Under the pieces are notes generated by a model that made no database searches, was not told the origin of the DNA, and saw only the letters and a list, made by a program, of their open reading frames with translations. The translations under genes and the position numbers were made by a program. 63,826 bases of DNA, taken from the NCBI GenBank assembly GCA_947627515.1, contig CANQWI010000001.1:1-63826 (forward strand), written 5' to 3'. Below are positions 47,212 to 56,295 of the stretch, one piece after another. Numbering within the stretch: the first letter of the stretch is position 1; the number at the start of each line of letters is the position of its first letter. Origin of the DNA: an uncultured Clostridia bacterium. GTDB taxonomy: Bacteria; Bacillota; Clostridia; Christensenellales; Borkfalkiaceae.

Positions 47212-48525
47212 ATGAAAAAAATTACGGCGTTGCTTCTTGCGGCGATCCTTTGCCTCGGTCTCTGCGCAGTCGGCTGTGATAAGGGCAGCTCTGCGGGCTC
47301 CGATGGCGATCCCACGCAGACAGGCGGCAATCACAACAATAACAATAACGACGACAACAACGACAATAATGACGACAATCACGGCAACGGCGATGAGCAA
47401 AAGCCCGAGGAGCCTCTCATGGAGTATCGGAAGTATGATTTAAAGACCTATCTCACCCCCTTTTGGGAGGGGACCGTCGTCTACAACGAGACCCTCTGGT
47501 TTGCGGGCGAGGACGACTTTACCGCGCCGCTCATGTATGCCCCCGACGAGATCGTCTCCGTCATGAGCTACGACCTTACCAAGACCTATCGGGAAGGCGT
47601 GGATTATGTTTGGGAAAAGGGCAGCAAGACCATCCGTCTCCCCGAGGGCTCCTCCATCCCGCACATGACCTATCGGGAGTACTATACGGGTGCCATGACG
47701 AGTATCGACGGGAACGGGCTCTACTTTGCGGAGGGGAGCGATATCTGCAGCCGTCAGGTCGCCGTCACCTATCGCCACAGCGACACCGCAGAATGGACGC
47801 TGCCCCGCCTCGAGAGGGAGAATTTCCCCAAGACGTTTGAAAAATTGGAAAACGGCGAGAGCATCAATGTCGTCTTTTACGGCGACTCCATCACCGTCGG
47901 CGCCAACTCGAGCGACTATGTCGACTATGGACCCCACGCGGAGAGCTACCCCGAGATGGTGCGCTCCTATATGCAGAAACGCTACCCCGCGGCGACCGTC
48001 AATTACATCAATACCGCAGTCGGCGGCGTCGATTCCAACTGGGGCAATGACGGCAAAATGGGACATGAGCTCGACAGCATGGACGGCGGCGCACACTTTA
48101 AAACACGCGTGCTCGACAAAGCGCCCGACCTGCTCTTCATCGCCTTCGGCATGAACGACGGCCCGTCCGACGCAAATTACAAGGCCAACATCAAATCGAT
48201 GATCGACCGCGTCCGTGCGGAGTATCCCGAGGTCGAGATCATGCTTGTCTCGGGCATGACCGCAAACTTCGAGGCGGCGGGCTTTTACAATAAGGACTAT
48301 GAAAAATTCCAGCAGGCACTCATAGAGCTTGCAGAGGCCTACGAGGGGATCGGCGTCTCCACCGTCTTAAACACCGTGCGCAGCCTCGAGGGTAGAACGC
48401 TCGGCAAACGCTTCCGCGACTGGACGGGCAACAACGTCAATCATCCCAACGACTTTATGGCCCGCGTCTATGCGCAGACCATCCTCTATACCCTCTTCGG
48501 CTCCGATTATATCAAGTACATCTGA
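47212..48525 (+). CDS. SGNH/GDSL-family esterase lipoprotein (carbohydrate acetylesterase-like)
   Basis: AGGAGAA RBS. Lipobox LGLCAVGCD and an N/D-rich linker. SGNH blocks: VVFYGDSITVG (block I), FIAFGMNDG (block III), NHPND (block V-like). Confidence 0.8.
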   Translation: MKKITALLLAAILCLGLCAVGCDKGSSAGSDGDPTQTGGNHNNNNNDDNNDNNDDNHGNGDEQKPEEPLMEYRKYDLKTYLTPFWEGTVVYNETLWFAGEDDFTAPLMYAPDEIVSVMSYDLTKTYREGVDYVWEKGSKTIRLPEGSSIPHMTYREYYTGAMTSIDGNGLYFAEGSDICSRQVAVTYRHSDTAEWTLPRLERENFPKTFEKLENGESINVVFYGDSITVGANSSDYVDYGPHAESYPEMVRSYMQKRYPAATVNYINTAVGGVDSNWGNDGKMGHELDSMDGGAHFKTRVLDKAPDLLFIAFGMNDGPSDANYKANIKSMIDRVRAEYPEVEIMLVSGMTANFEAAGFYNKDYEKFQQALIELAEAYEGIGVSTVLNTVRSLEGRTLGKRFRDWTGNNVNHPNDFMARVYAQTILYTLFGSDYIKYI

Positions 48526-48578
48526 CAAGCTCCCATTGAAAGCAAGCCTACGAAGGGTACGCATTCGAAATGTCTCCC

Positions 48579-48604
48579 GCCCGTCCACCGACGGGCATTT
48601 TTTG
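48579..48604 (+). terminator. rho-independent terminator
   Basis: gcccgt-ccaccg-acgggc followed by attttttg. Confidence 0.75.
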
Positions 48605-48747
48605 TACAAAAACCCCGCCGTCTCCTCAACGATTTTCTTATCATGAGAAAAGTCAACCTTGTGCCCGAAAAGCCCTTCTCTTGGGTAAAAAATAGGACAC
48701 GATCCTCCCTCGCAGCCCGCTTCTCTCTGAATGTCCCTCTGTCCTTC

Positions 48748-48776
48748 TTGCTTTTTCCCGCCTCGTGTGATATAAT
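48748..48776 (+). promoter_or_regulatory. sigma-70-type promoter of the DUF2779 gene
   Basis: TTGCTT, 17 nt, TATAAT. About 115-nt leader to ATG 48893. Confidence 0.5.
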
Positions 48777-48892
48777 TCAGAAAAACTGCGTATTGCGGAG
48801 CGAGGGTATTCGCTATTCGAGGGCGCATGTCCTGCAAAAGCATTTCCCCCTCGGCTCCGACGCGGAGGGCGTACAACACAGGAGAAGATACG

Positions 48893-50407
48893 ATGTTTTA
48901 TTTCAGCAAGTCGAAATACTGTGATTTCAGGCAGTGTCCAAAAATTCCGTGGCTGAAAAAGTACAAGCCCGAGGAGTATGTCGTCGATGAGGCAACGCAG
49001 GCGCGGTTTACCACTGGCAACGAGGTGGGGGACCTTGCCATGGGGCTCTTCGGAGAGTTTGTCGAGGTCACCTCCTACAAGGAGGACGGCAGCCTTGATT
49101 TGAACAGGATGAAGGAGCTCACGCGGCAATATATCGCCGAGGGGCGAGACAACGTCTGCGAGGCGTCCTTCGATTATCAAGGGCTGTACTGCGCCGTGGA
49201 TATTTTGAGGAAAAACGGCAACGGCTACGACATCTACGAGGTCAAGAGCAGTGCCTCGCCCGAGAACCCCGTGTATATCATCGATACCTCTTATCAGAAG
49301 TATGTTCTGGAAAGGTGCGGCGTGACGGTCAACAGGGTCTTTCTCGTCACCGTCGACACGAGCTATGTCTTTGACGGCGTCCTCGATCTTCAAAAATATT
49401 TCAGGGTCACCGAGGTCACCCCGCTTGTCGACGAGGAAATGAAGGGGGTGGAGGAGCACCTCAGGGCGGCCGAGAAGGTCATGGCCTCCTATAAGGAGCC
49501 CGCCGTCGACCTCTCCTGCTCCTGCGATAAGCCCTACCCGTGCGCCTTCTTCGGCTATTGCACAAGGGATCTGCCCGCGCCCTCGGTGTTCGGACTCTAT
49601 GGCCTGTCCTTCAAAAAGGCTCTCGCGCTCTACGAGGAGGGCGTCGTCTCCTTTGAGGACGTTCTCGGGGACGGACGCGCACTTGATACGGGAAAGCAGC
49701 AGGGGAATCTGCGCCGCCGTCAGGTGGAGTATGCGCTTGAGGAGCTTGGGACCTATGTCGATAAAGCGGGCATCGCAGCCTTTCTCTCTACCCTTACCTT
49801 TCCGCTGTATTTTTTCGATTTCGAAACGGTCCAGCTCGCCGTTCCGCGCTATGTCGGCACAAAGCCTTACCAGCAGATCCCCGTACAGTATTCTTTACAT
49901 ATCTTAAGAAATGAGGGCGGGACCTTAGAGCACAGGGAATTTCTTGGCCGTCCAGAGGAGGACCCGAGAAGGGCACTTGCCGAGCGGCTTATCGCCGACA
50001 TTCCCGACGACGTCTGCGTGCTAGCCTATAACAAGAGCTTTGAGTGCACGCGCATCAGGGAGCTTGCAAACGTCTTCCCCGACCTGAGCGAGCACCTCCT
50101 CAAAATACAGGAAAATATCAAGGACCTTTTGGACCCCTTCCAAAAAGGCTACTACTACAACCGCGACATGGGTGGGTCATTTTCCATCAAGAGCGTGCTT
50201 ACCGCCCTCTATCCCGACGAACCCGAACTCAACTATCACAGCCTCGAGGGGGTGCACAACGGCAGCGAGGCGATGGCCCTCTTCCCGCGGCTCAAGGACC
50301 TTCCCGCGGACGAGAGGAAAAAGGCCGAGGAGGATCTTTTGAAGTACTGCGCCCTCGACACCTACGCCCTTTTCAAGGTTTACGAAAAGCTCCGCTCCGT
50401 TCTTTGA
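48893..50407 (+). CDS. DUF2779-type protein: Cas4-like PD-(D/E)xK nuclease N-domain plus RNase H-fold exonuclease-like C-domain
   Basis: Start at MFYFSKSKYCDFRQCPK (AGGAGAAG RBS). DIYEVKSS and a Cys cluster CSCDKPYPCAFFGYC (Cas4/AddB-like). C-domain FFDFET, AYNKSFE, YCALDT. Confidence 0.7.
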   Translation: MFYFSKSKYCDFRQCPKIPWLKKYKPEEYVVDEATQARFTTGNEVGDLAMGLFGEFVEVTSYKEDGSLDLNRMKELTRQYIAEGRDNVCEASFDYQGLYCAVDILRKNGNGYDIYEVKSSASPENPVYIIDTSYQKYVLERCGVTVNRVFLVTVDTSYVFDGVLDLQKYFRVTEVTPLVDEEMKGVEEHLRAAEKVMASYKEPAVDLSCSCDKPYPCAFFGYCTRDLPAPSVFGLYGLSFKKALALYEEGVVSFEDVLGDGRALDTGKQQGNLRRRQVEYALEELGTYVDKAGIAAFLSTLTFPLYFFDFETVQLAVPRYVGTKPYQQIPVQYSLHILRNEGGTLEHREFLGRPEEDPRRALAERLIADIPDDVCVLAYNKSFECTRIRELANVFPDLSEHLLKIQENIKDLLDPFQKGYYYNRDMGGSFSIKSVLTALYPDEPELNYHSLEGVHNGSEAMALFPRLKDLPADERKKAEEDLLKYCALDTYALFKVYEKLRSVL

Positions 50408-50487
50408 TTCAATCATATTATTTATCAAATTAAATTATTTGATGAAAATTCTAAATCCAAAAATCAGAGTGGGGGAGCCTTTCTTCT

Positions 50488-50530
50488 CCAAAGAGAGCCC
50501 GTGCGGCATTGCCGCACGGGCTCTCTTTGG
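50488..50530. terminator. perfect 20-bp hairpin between convergent genes (bidirectional terminator candidate)
   Basis: ccaaagagagcccgtgcggc-att-gccgcacgggctctctttgg. Confidence 0.65.
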
Positions 50531-50648
50531 AGGTATCTATTATGATCAATAAAATAAATCATCGGTATCCTTAACAGCTCTTAAAACCACCTCCCCGATG
50601 GAGAAATTTTTTGCATGACAGACATTCAGCTCCGCTCCCTTACCGCGC

Positions 50649-51584
50649 TCACAGGATCAGAATGTGTCGGAGAAAGCATTTCGCGCACCCGCTGCAGTCG
50701 CCGCAGTCGGGATCGTATTTAAGGTCGTAGCGGAGGATGTACTCATCCGGCAGGAGCTGGCGTGCGATCGGGCAATTTTTGGCGATGAGCTCTGCAAGCG
50801 CGGGCTCGAGGTCCCTCGGTCGGATCAGGCCTGCAAGGAAGTGATACTCATACGCCAATTCGTTTTGCCGTTTGACGGGAAATACGCGGAGAATGGGCGC
50901 CGACTTTTTGCGATAGTCGAGGAAAAAGGAGAGAAAGCCCTCACGGATGTCCTCTTCGCCGAGGTTCCCTTCGACGAGGAAGCTGTTGCATTTCAAAAAG
51001 AGGGCTGCATAGGCGTCGTCGTGGCTGTCGGCGCATGCGTCGATCACCTCGAGGCACTTGAAGGCCGTCACGACAAACAGGGAATCGTCTGTCGTCAGTC
51101 TGTATTTTTCGCGGACGTGTTCATCCGCTTTTTTGTCGCGGGAAAGGCGGTCGTACCAGTATTCAAAGAGGGGGTCGGCGAGGTTGAAGCCCTTCCCGAT
51201 CGCCTTTGAGACGAGCCCTTCGTTGTAATTTTTATCGGTAAACCTGACGGTCTCACACATCCTCGTGCCGCCGAGGAGGGTAAGGACCTCGACATCGTCC
51301 GTAAAGCTGCCGAGCACCTCGGGATAGTCCCTTGGGATCCCGTTCAAAAAGAGCTCGCTGTTCTCCGTGCGGAGGATGGATGAGGCCCGATATTCATGCG
51401 TCCTTGAGGCTCTCCTCTTTTCCTCGAGTATCGCGTTGTTGTAGGCAGAGATGTATTCCTCGTTGCTTTTGATAAAGGCAATGGCGACGTCGCGGTCCCT
51501 CTGCAGTGCTTCGGGAAGAAAGCGGTAAACGGCGGGGGTCTTTTTGACAAGGCAGATCGCCTCCTCTTTCTTGATGCTTTTCAT
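50649..51584 (-). CDS. hypothetical protein (DUF4116-like N-terminal motif, Cys-rich C-terminus)
   Basis: AAGGAGAGG RBS. LPEALQRDRDVAIAFIKSN resembles DUF4116 repeats. C-terminus DPDCGDCSGCAKC. Lies 10 nt downstream of the preceding gene, so probably in the same operon. Confidence 0.55.
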   Translation of the reverse strand: MKSIKKEEAICLVKKTPAVYRFLPEALQRDRDVAIAFIKSNEEYISAYNNAILEEKRRASRTHEYRASSILRTENSELFLNGIPRDYPEVLGSFTDDVEVLTLLGGTRMCETVRFTDKNYNEGLVSKAIGKGFNLADPLFEYWYDRLSRDKKADEHVREKYRLTTDDSLFVVTAFKCLEVIDACADSHDDAYAALFLKCNSFLVEGNLGEEDIREGFLSFFLDYRKKSAPILRVFPVKRQNELAYEYHFLAGLIRPRDLEPALAELIAKNCPIARQLLPDEYILRYDLKYDPDCGDCSGCAKCFLRHILIL

Positions 51585-51594
51585 ATGCCTCTCC

Positions 51595-52338
51595 TTATTT
51601 GCCGTATTTGATGCGAAGGCCGATGCTCATGCCGCAGTCGAGCATCTTCCATGATTTGGGAGCCTCATCGGTGATTTCAAGTGCGACGCGGAGCCCGTAC
51701 TTTTCGAGCATTTCAAGTTCAAATCCGCTTAACCACCAGCATTGAACGAGGAACAGGTCTCCCTCGGCTCCGTCGATCACGACGATTTCCTGCCCGTCCG
51801 TTAGGATCTTTCCGTTCTCGATATGCCAAACGATTTCGTTGGCGTTATTGCCAAGAAGTTTCGTGAAGTGCTCGTAAAACGGGTAGAGATTATACAGCTT
51901 GAAGTATAAGGCCGCATCGTTCGCCTCGGAGAAGACGCGGAGCTTTTCGATGAATTCTGCCGTGTCGCTGTTCGGCTCGATATCCGCAACGATCATGCCG
52001 TCCTCAGGCATCTCGTCGAGATCCTCGCTGTCCATGTCGAGCTCTTGCGACCAATAGCTCACCTCGCCGAACAAGTTCTGTTTTTGAAACTCCCGCATAA
52101 TATCCGCAAGCGTCTTTTTATCGGTGACGATCTGCCAGTAGGGAAGCGGGCTGTCGTCCTCGAACCTGCGCCAGAAGTCCTCGAAGGACGTTTTCCCGCC
52201 GATAAATTCCTCATCGATGGCGGGGGTGACCTCTTCGACGAACTCTGCAAGCTCCTCATACGTCTCCACCTCAAAGGAAAGGCCGAGCTTTTCCGCGATG
52301 CGATTTCCGAGTTCTTTTGCGCTTGTGATGTTTTTCAT
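51595..52338 (-). CDS. hypothetical acidic protein
   Basis: Start at MKNITSAKEL (AAAGGAG RBS), inside the longer track ORF. No recognisable motif. Confidence 0.55.
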   Translation of the reverse strand: MKNITSAKELGNRIAEKLGLSFEVETYEELAEFVEEVTPAIDEEFIGGKTSFEDFWRRFEDDSPLPYWQIVTDKKTLADIMREFQKQNLFGEVSYWSQELDMDSEDLDEMPEDGMIVADIEPNSDTAEFIEKLRVFSEANDAALYFKLYNLYPFYEHFTKLLGNNANEIVWHIENGKILTDGQEIVVIDGAEGDLFLVQCWWLSGFELEMLEKYGLRVALEITDEAPKSWKMLDCGMSIGLRIKYGK

Positions 52339-52381
52339 GATCAAAATCTCCTTTCGTTGTTTTGTGCCTCTATCATAGCAC

Positions 52382-52415
52382 AAAAAAAGCACCCGAGGCT
52401 GTCAAAAAGGGGTGC
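52382..52415 (-). terminator. terminator after the WYL regulator gene
   Basis: Minus strand: GCACCC, 15-nt loop, GGGTGC, then T7. Confidence 0.45.
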
Positions 52416-52439
52416 GTAAAAAAATTCTGAAAAAATTTT

Positions 52440-53108
52440 TTATTCGGGTTCGATATCGATGATATCGCGGAGGGGAATATCGTATTTCGTGACGTCGTTG
52501 AGGTCGAAGGATACGAGAATGCCGCCTCGTGTAAAATTGATCTGACGCGGGCAGATAACGCACCTTTCCGAGAATTTGTATCCTCCTTCGCGGGAGAGGA
52601 TCAATTTACAGGAGACCTTCCCCGCTCTTTTCTTTGCCTCGAGAAGCACGGCAAGATAGTGGATCTGTTTTGATACGGGGTTATGGTGTTCTTCCACAAT
52701 AGAGGTATGCATTTTGACGTACCCCTTTGCCTTTTTATGGGCACGCATGCAAAGAAGCTTATTCGATAGTACCTCCGCTTCCTCTGCGCCGAGGTCGGGA
52801 CTGCTCTTTATCATGCAGGCGAGAAAGAGGAGCTCTTCCCTCGTAAGACGGTCCTCGTCGAGGTAGTACCGCGTCGTCTTTCCCTTGGTGCGCTTGATGG
52901 GAAAGCCCGCAGCCTCGATCTCGTCTATTTTAACGTAGAAGGTCTTCTCTTGGAGATCTTTTTCATCGTCGTCTCTGTATTTTTCGGCGTGTAGCTCGAT
53001 GAGCTCCCGTTTGCTTAAAAGATGATTTTTGTCCGTATTCTCCTCAAGGACCTTCAGAAGTTCCAAGGCGATCTCCTTGGATCTTCCGCGTTTTTTCTGT
53101 TCTTCCAT
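52440..53108 (-). CDS. putative transcriptional regulator, winged-HTH plus WYL-like domain
   Basis: N-terminal wHTH-like segment (IALELLKVLEENTDKNHLLSKRELIEL). The C-terminal segment ERCVICPRQINFTRGGILVSFDLNDVTKYDIPLRDIIDIE fits the WYL-domain pattern (R.V.P..L......WYL......R.F.L.RI). Assigned from memory of the motif only. Confidence 0.55.
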   Translation of the reverse strand: MEEQKKRGRSKEIALELLKVLEENTDKNHLLSKRELIELHAEKYRDDDEKDLQEKTFYVKIDEIEAAGFPIKRTKGKTTRYYLDEDRLTREELLFLACMIKSSPDLGAEEAEVLSNKLLCMRAHKKAKGYVKMHTSIVEEHHNPVSKQIHYLAVLLEAKKRAGKVSCKLILSREGGYKFSERCVICPRQINFTRGGILVSFDLNDVTKYDIPLRDIIDIEPE

Positions 53109-53139
53109 TGCGCTGCCTCATGCGTGATGTTTGTACAGT

Positions 53140-53168
53140 ATCATAGCACATATGCGCGTAAATGGCAA
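53140..53168 (-). promoter_or_regulatory. promoter of the WYL regulator gene
   Basis: Minus strand: TTGCCA, 17 nt, TATGAT with TGC immediately upstream (extended -10). Confidence 0.5.
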
Positions 53169-53189
53169 GAGTTTTTTTGAAAAAGGGGG

Positions 53190-53218
53190 TTGAATTTCTT
53201 CCGCATTCGTGATATGAT
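53190..53218 (+). promoter_or_regulatory. candidate divergent promoter for 53311-56069
   Basis: TTGAAT, 17 nt, TATGAT. An alternative extended -10 (TGCTACGAT) lies at 53273-53281. Confidence 0.4.
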
Positions 53219-53310
53219 TTGAACAAATAATTTTCTTGCACACCCCTTTTTGACACACTGCAAGCGCAGGAGATGTGCTACGATGAAAAAAACGATAAGG
53301 AGAAAAAATT

Positions 53311-55245
53311 ATGGCAGACTTGATGCAGCTCGCAGAAAAAGCATGCAGAAATAAGAAGCTCGACATCCCCGAGCTCAAGACGGCAGAGGGTGCCGTCGCA
53401 CTCTCCGCGTGCATGGACAGCATGACAGGACGCGAGGGGGAGGGCTGTGGCTATGAGAGGGCGGGCTATGCCGCCGTGGAGCTCATAAAATGGACGGATA
53501 CCCTTCCGCTCGAGGTGTTTCGGAGGGACAGCGTCGGAATTCCCGTGATCCTCGAGCGCATCCGTAAAATTTACAACGGCGGCTTCTTTTTGGAGGGGCA
53601 TCAGTTCCCGCTCACGTATGCCGATTACTATGGGTGCGCCTCGCACTCGTTTGTAAGGCTTATCAGTGAGCGGTCGGACGCATGGGGGCTTCCCTATGAC
53701 TACAAAAAGCTCAGGGCGTTGAAGGATAACGGCTATTCGTTCGATTGGTATTCGTACCCCTCAAACGCCATCGAAACGCATCCGGATGCTTCATGGTGCG
53801 AGCATCTTCGTCTTTTTCCGCAAAAATCGGAATCTTTGGTCTATGATGCGATCCATACAAAGCGACGGGATATCCTCGAATGTATGAAAGAGCTGAACGC
53901 TCTTTCGGACGCGAAAGTTTTGGAGATCATGAGCTCGTCGTCGGAGGAGACACGCGAATTCTTCCGCTCGGTATGGTACGAAGAGAGGGAGGAGGCACCC
54001 GAAATATCCATGGTCGAAAATCTTCTTTCGGAAGCCGATAAGCTCGCCGTCAAAACGGAGGCATTTCTGCGGCTCACCCGCGAGGAACGGTTAAAAAGTC
54101 GCTTCGATTACAGGGGCAGCAATGAAAAGCTATGCAAATTAAGGGGAAATATTTACAAGATCGTTAGCGGGTCCCCTGATGCGTTTTGCGGGAAACGGGA
54201 GCTCATGAAGCGTGCGCTCGTCCATGCGCCGTACATTCTTCTGTCGGGAGAATGGAGGAACAATAAGGAGTTCTATGAGATCGCCTTCGATCGGGCAGAG
54301 CAGGGCTACATTTTGAAAGAGGACGGGAATTGGTGCTCGACCTATCTTGCCGAAAGCAGCAAAAAGGAGGATAAGGAGGCCAGGCTGAATGCCTTCAAGC
54401 TCCTTTATCCGTCGGACGACGAAAAGCGGGCGTTCCTGAAGGCGCATCCCACCTGTGCGATTTTAGGCGGATTCCATGGCACCTGCTCCAAAAAGGTCAG
54501 AGAGGATTTTGCATTTTGGACAGATATCTATGCCCACACCGTCTATCTGGATGTTCGCGGCATTCTTCCCTCTGCGCTGAAAAAGAGCCAGGCGTTCCTT
54601 AAAATGTGCGAGCCCGTCAAGCATATCGCGGATTTTGAGAAATTCTTCATCTATGAAACGGCAGACGATCTGGAGCTTGTATTGGCTCAGAAAAGGACGG
54701 AGATCGATATGTCTAAGATCCCCGACTCGTTGAGGACCCGCGAAAACATCTACCGCATTTTGGAGCATGAATCGTACAACACGTTCCGCTTGAAGGATTG
54801 TATCGAAAAGCTCGACGTCACTCTCTTTTCGGATGAAGAATTTGTTGTCGGGGCGGCGGCTTATGAGATCGATGCGAAGGAATTTTTCCTTCGCATCGAT
54901 AAGCCCCTGCGCAAGACCGAGCGCGTATGGAGGGCATGGGCGACGAGGGAGCGCATCGCGAGCATCTCGAGTGACCTTCCCATGGTCGTCAAGGGTTCAA
55001 GGAGCTTTGCCGAGCATCTCCTCGCGATTGGAGCGGGCGTGAGCTTCGAAGGCCCCGTGTTCGCGGAGCTGGTGAAGAAGTACCCCGACCTTTCCGATGC
55101 CCTCGTGGACGCATACGTCAAGGAATTGAGCTGCGGAGACGAAATATACGGCCGTCAGCTGCAGCAGTGGGAGCAAAAACGCCACGTCGACGAAATTCCC
55201 GATGAACAGCTTCGCGAGCTCGTCTCTCAAAAATTATTCGGTTGA
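53311..55245 (+). CDS. hypothetical protein (644 aa)
   Basis: AAGGAG RBS. Helical-repeat-like composition with DUF4116-like stretches. No catalytic motif recognised. Confidence 0.55.
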   Translation: MADLMQLAEKACRNKKLDIPELKTAEGAVALSACMDSMTGREGEGCGYERAGYAAVELIKWTDTLPLEVFRRDSVGIPVILERIRKIYNGGFFLEGHQFPLTYADYYGCASHSFVRLISERSDAWGLPYDYKKLRALKDNGYSFDWYSYPSNAIETHPDASWCEHLRLFPQKSESLVYDAIHTKRRDILECMKELNALSDAKVLEIMSSSSEETREFFRSVWYEEREEAPEISMVENLLSEADKLAVKTEAFLRLTREERLKSRFDYRGSNEKLCKLRGNIYKIVSGSPDAFCGKRELMKRALVHAPYILLSGEWRNNKEFYEIAFDRAEQGYILKEDGNWCSTYLAESSKKEDKEARLNAFKLLYPSDDEKRAFLKAHPTCAILGGFHGTCSKKVREDFAFWTDIYAHTVYLDVRGILPSALKKSQAFLKMCEPVKHIADFEKFFIYETADDLELVLAQKRTEIDMSKIPDSLRTRENIYRILEHESYNTFRLKDCIEKLDVTLFSDEEFVVGAAAYEIDAKEFFLRIDKPLRKTERVWRAWATRERIASISSDLPMVVKGSRSFAEHLLAIGAGVSFEGPVFAELVKKYPDLSDALVDAYVKELSCGDEIYGRQLQQWEQKRHVDEIPDEQLRELVSQKLFG

Positions 55246-55316
55246 CGAAAATCCGTCGCGCTGCAGCTCATATCTGACGGCTCGCAGGCATTTTCGGCGC
55301 AACAGGAGAGGGGAAT

Positions 55317-56069
55317 ATGCAAAAAAACACACGGGAAACGCAGACCGCCGTTTCAGAGTATTGTAAAAGGCTGCGGGACAAGCTCGGGCTTCAGCTCGCA
55401 GAGTACGATTTTGACCCTTGGAAAAATATTCAGATCTATGACGGTGCAAAATTTTTCTGCAACGATACGGAGACCGCGTACGCATTGTATGGGTTCAATG
55501 ACGAGCTTTCCCCCGAATGCGCAAGACGGCTCGGCGCTTGCCGTTTAAAGCGCGTCTGGAACGAATATCTCGCGGGCGTTTGGTTCAACTGCTACGCCAA
55601 TGAACGGGATATCCTGAGGCACATGCACGGGGAGAGGAGCGCGCCGCCCGAGATTTATGCCAATTGCTTCAAGCTCATCCCCATCAAGCGGGAAATTTTC
55701 CGCACCATGGATATCAATGAGGACGGCATGCTCGAGCTCGAGCTCACGCCGTATGCGAGCGGCCGCTTTGAGCCCGATGAGGAGGAGCTCCCGCGGAGAG
55801 AGGGGTGCCTCGCGATTTTTCCCCTGCGCCTCCGTCTGAGCGGCGAAATGCCCGTAGACCCCGTGAAATTCTCCGTCAGCGAGGCCAAATACAGCCGCCT
55901 CGTGGAGCTCGATTGCGGAAAGGAGTCCTATCGCTTCTACACGGGGGTCAGCTATCAGAAGCCGCTCGTCGAGATAAAAAAATATCGCGCCCGCACCGAT
56001 GCGGAGGGCGCATACCTTGACATCCTTCTGAAAATGACCTTTCAGAAAAATTACGGCGATTGGGAGTGA
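55317..56069 (+). CDS. hypothetical protein (250 aa)
   Basis: GGAGAGGGG RBS. No recognisable motif. A terminator follows. Confidence 0.55.
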   Translation: MQKNTRETQTAVSEYCKRLRDKLGLQLAEYDFDPWKNIQIYDGAKFFCNDTETAYALYGFNDELSPECARRLGACRLKRVWNEYLAGVWFNCYANERDILRHMHGERSAPPEIYANCFKLIPIKREIFRTMDINEDGMLELELTPYASGRFEPDEEELPRREGCLAIFPLRLRLSGEMPVDPVKFSVSEAKYSRLVELDCGKESYRFYTGVSYQKPLVEIKKYRARTDAEGAYLDILLKMTFQKNYGDWE

Positions 56070-56154
56070 GCGGAGGACCGCAGGAGAGCTTTACGGAGGG
56101 CCCGGGCACCGCGACGGCTCGCAGTCAAGCGATGTTATGAATATCAATGCAAAG

Positions 56155-56181
56155 GCGTATACGAGGGTATACGCTTTTTTT
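56155..56181 (+). terminator. rho-independent terminator
   Basis: gcgtatac-gagg-gtatacgc followed by T7. Confidence 0.75.
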
Positions 56182-56266
56182 GTCCAAAATTTGACACAGG
56201 TGGAGAAAAGTCGGGGAGAAAATAAAATTTTTTCTGAAAATCAGGCAAAAAAGTTTTTCAATATTG

Positions 56267-56295
56267 TTGACAATGGGGGGGGGGCGTGGTATAAT
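56267..56295 (+). promoter_or_regulatory. consensus sigma-70 promoter of the giant adhesin gene
   Basis: TTGACA, 17 nt, TATAAT with TGG immediately upstream (extended -10). An AAGGAG RBS lies 7 nt before ATG 56338. Confidence 0.7.

Noticed and set aside
48777-48892. The 115-nt leader of the DUF2779 gene as a riboswitch
   Set aside because: Only one weak hairpin (ccctc..gaggg) is present and nothing resembles a known aptamer class. Evidence is insufficient.
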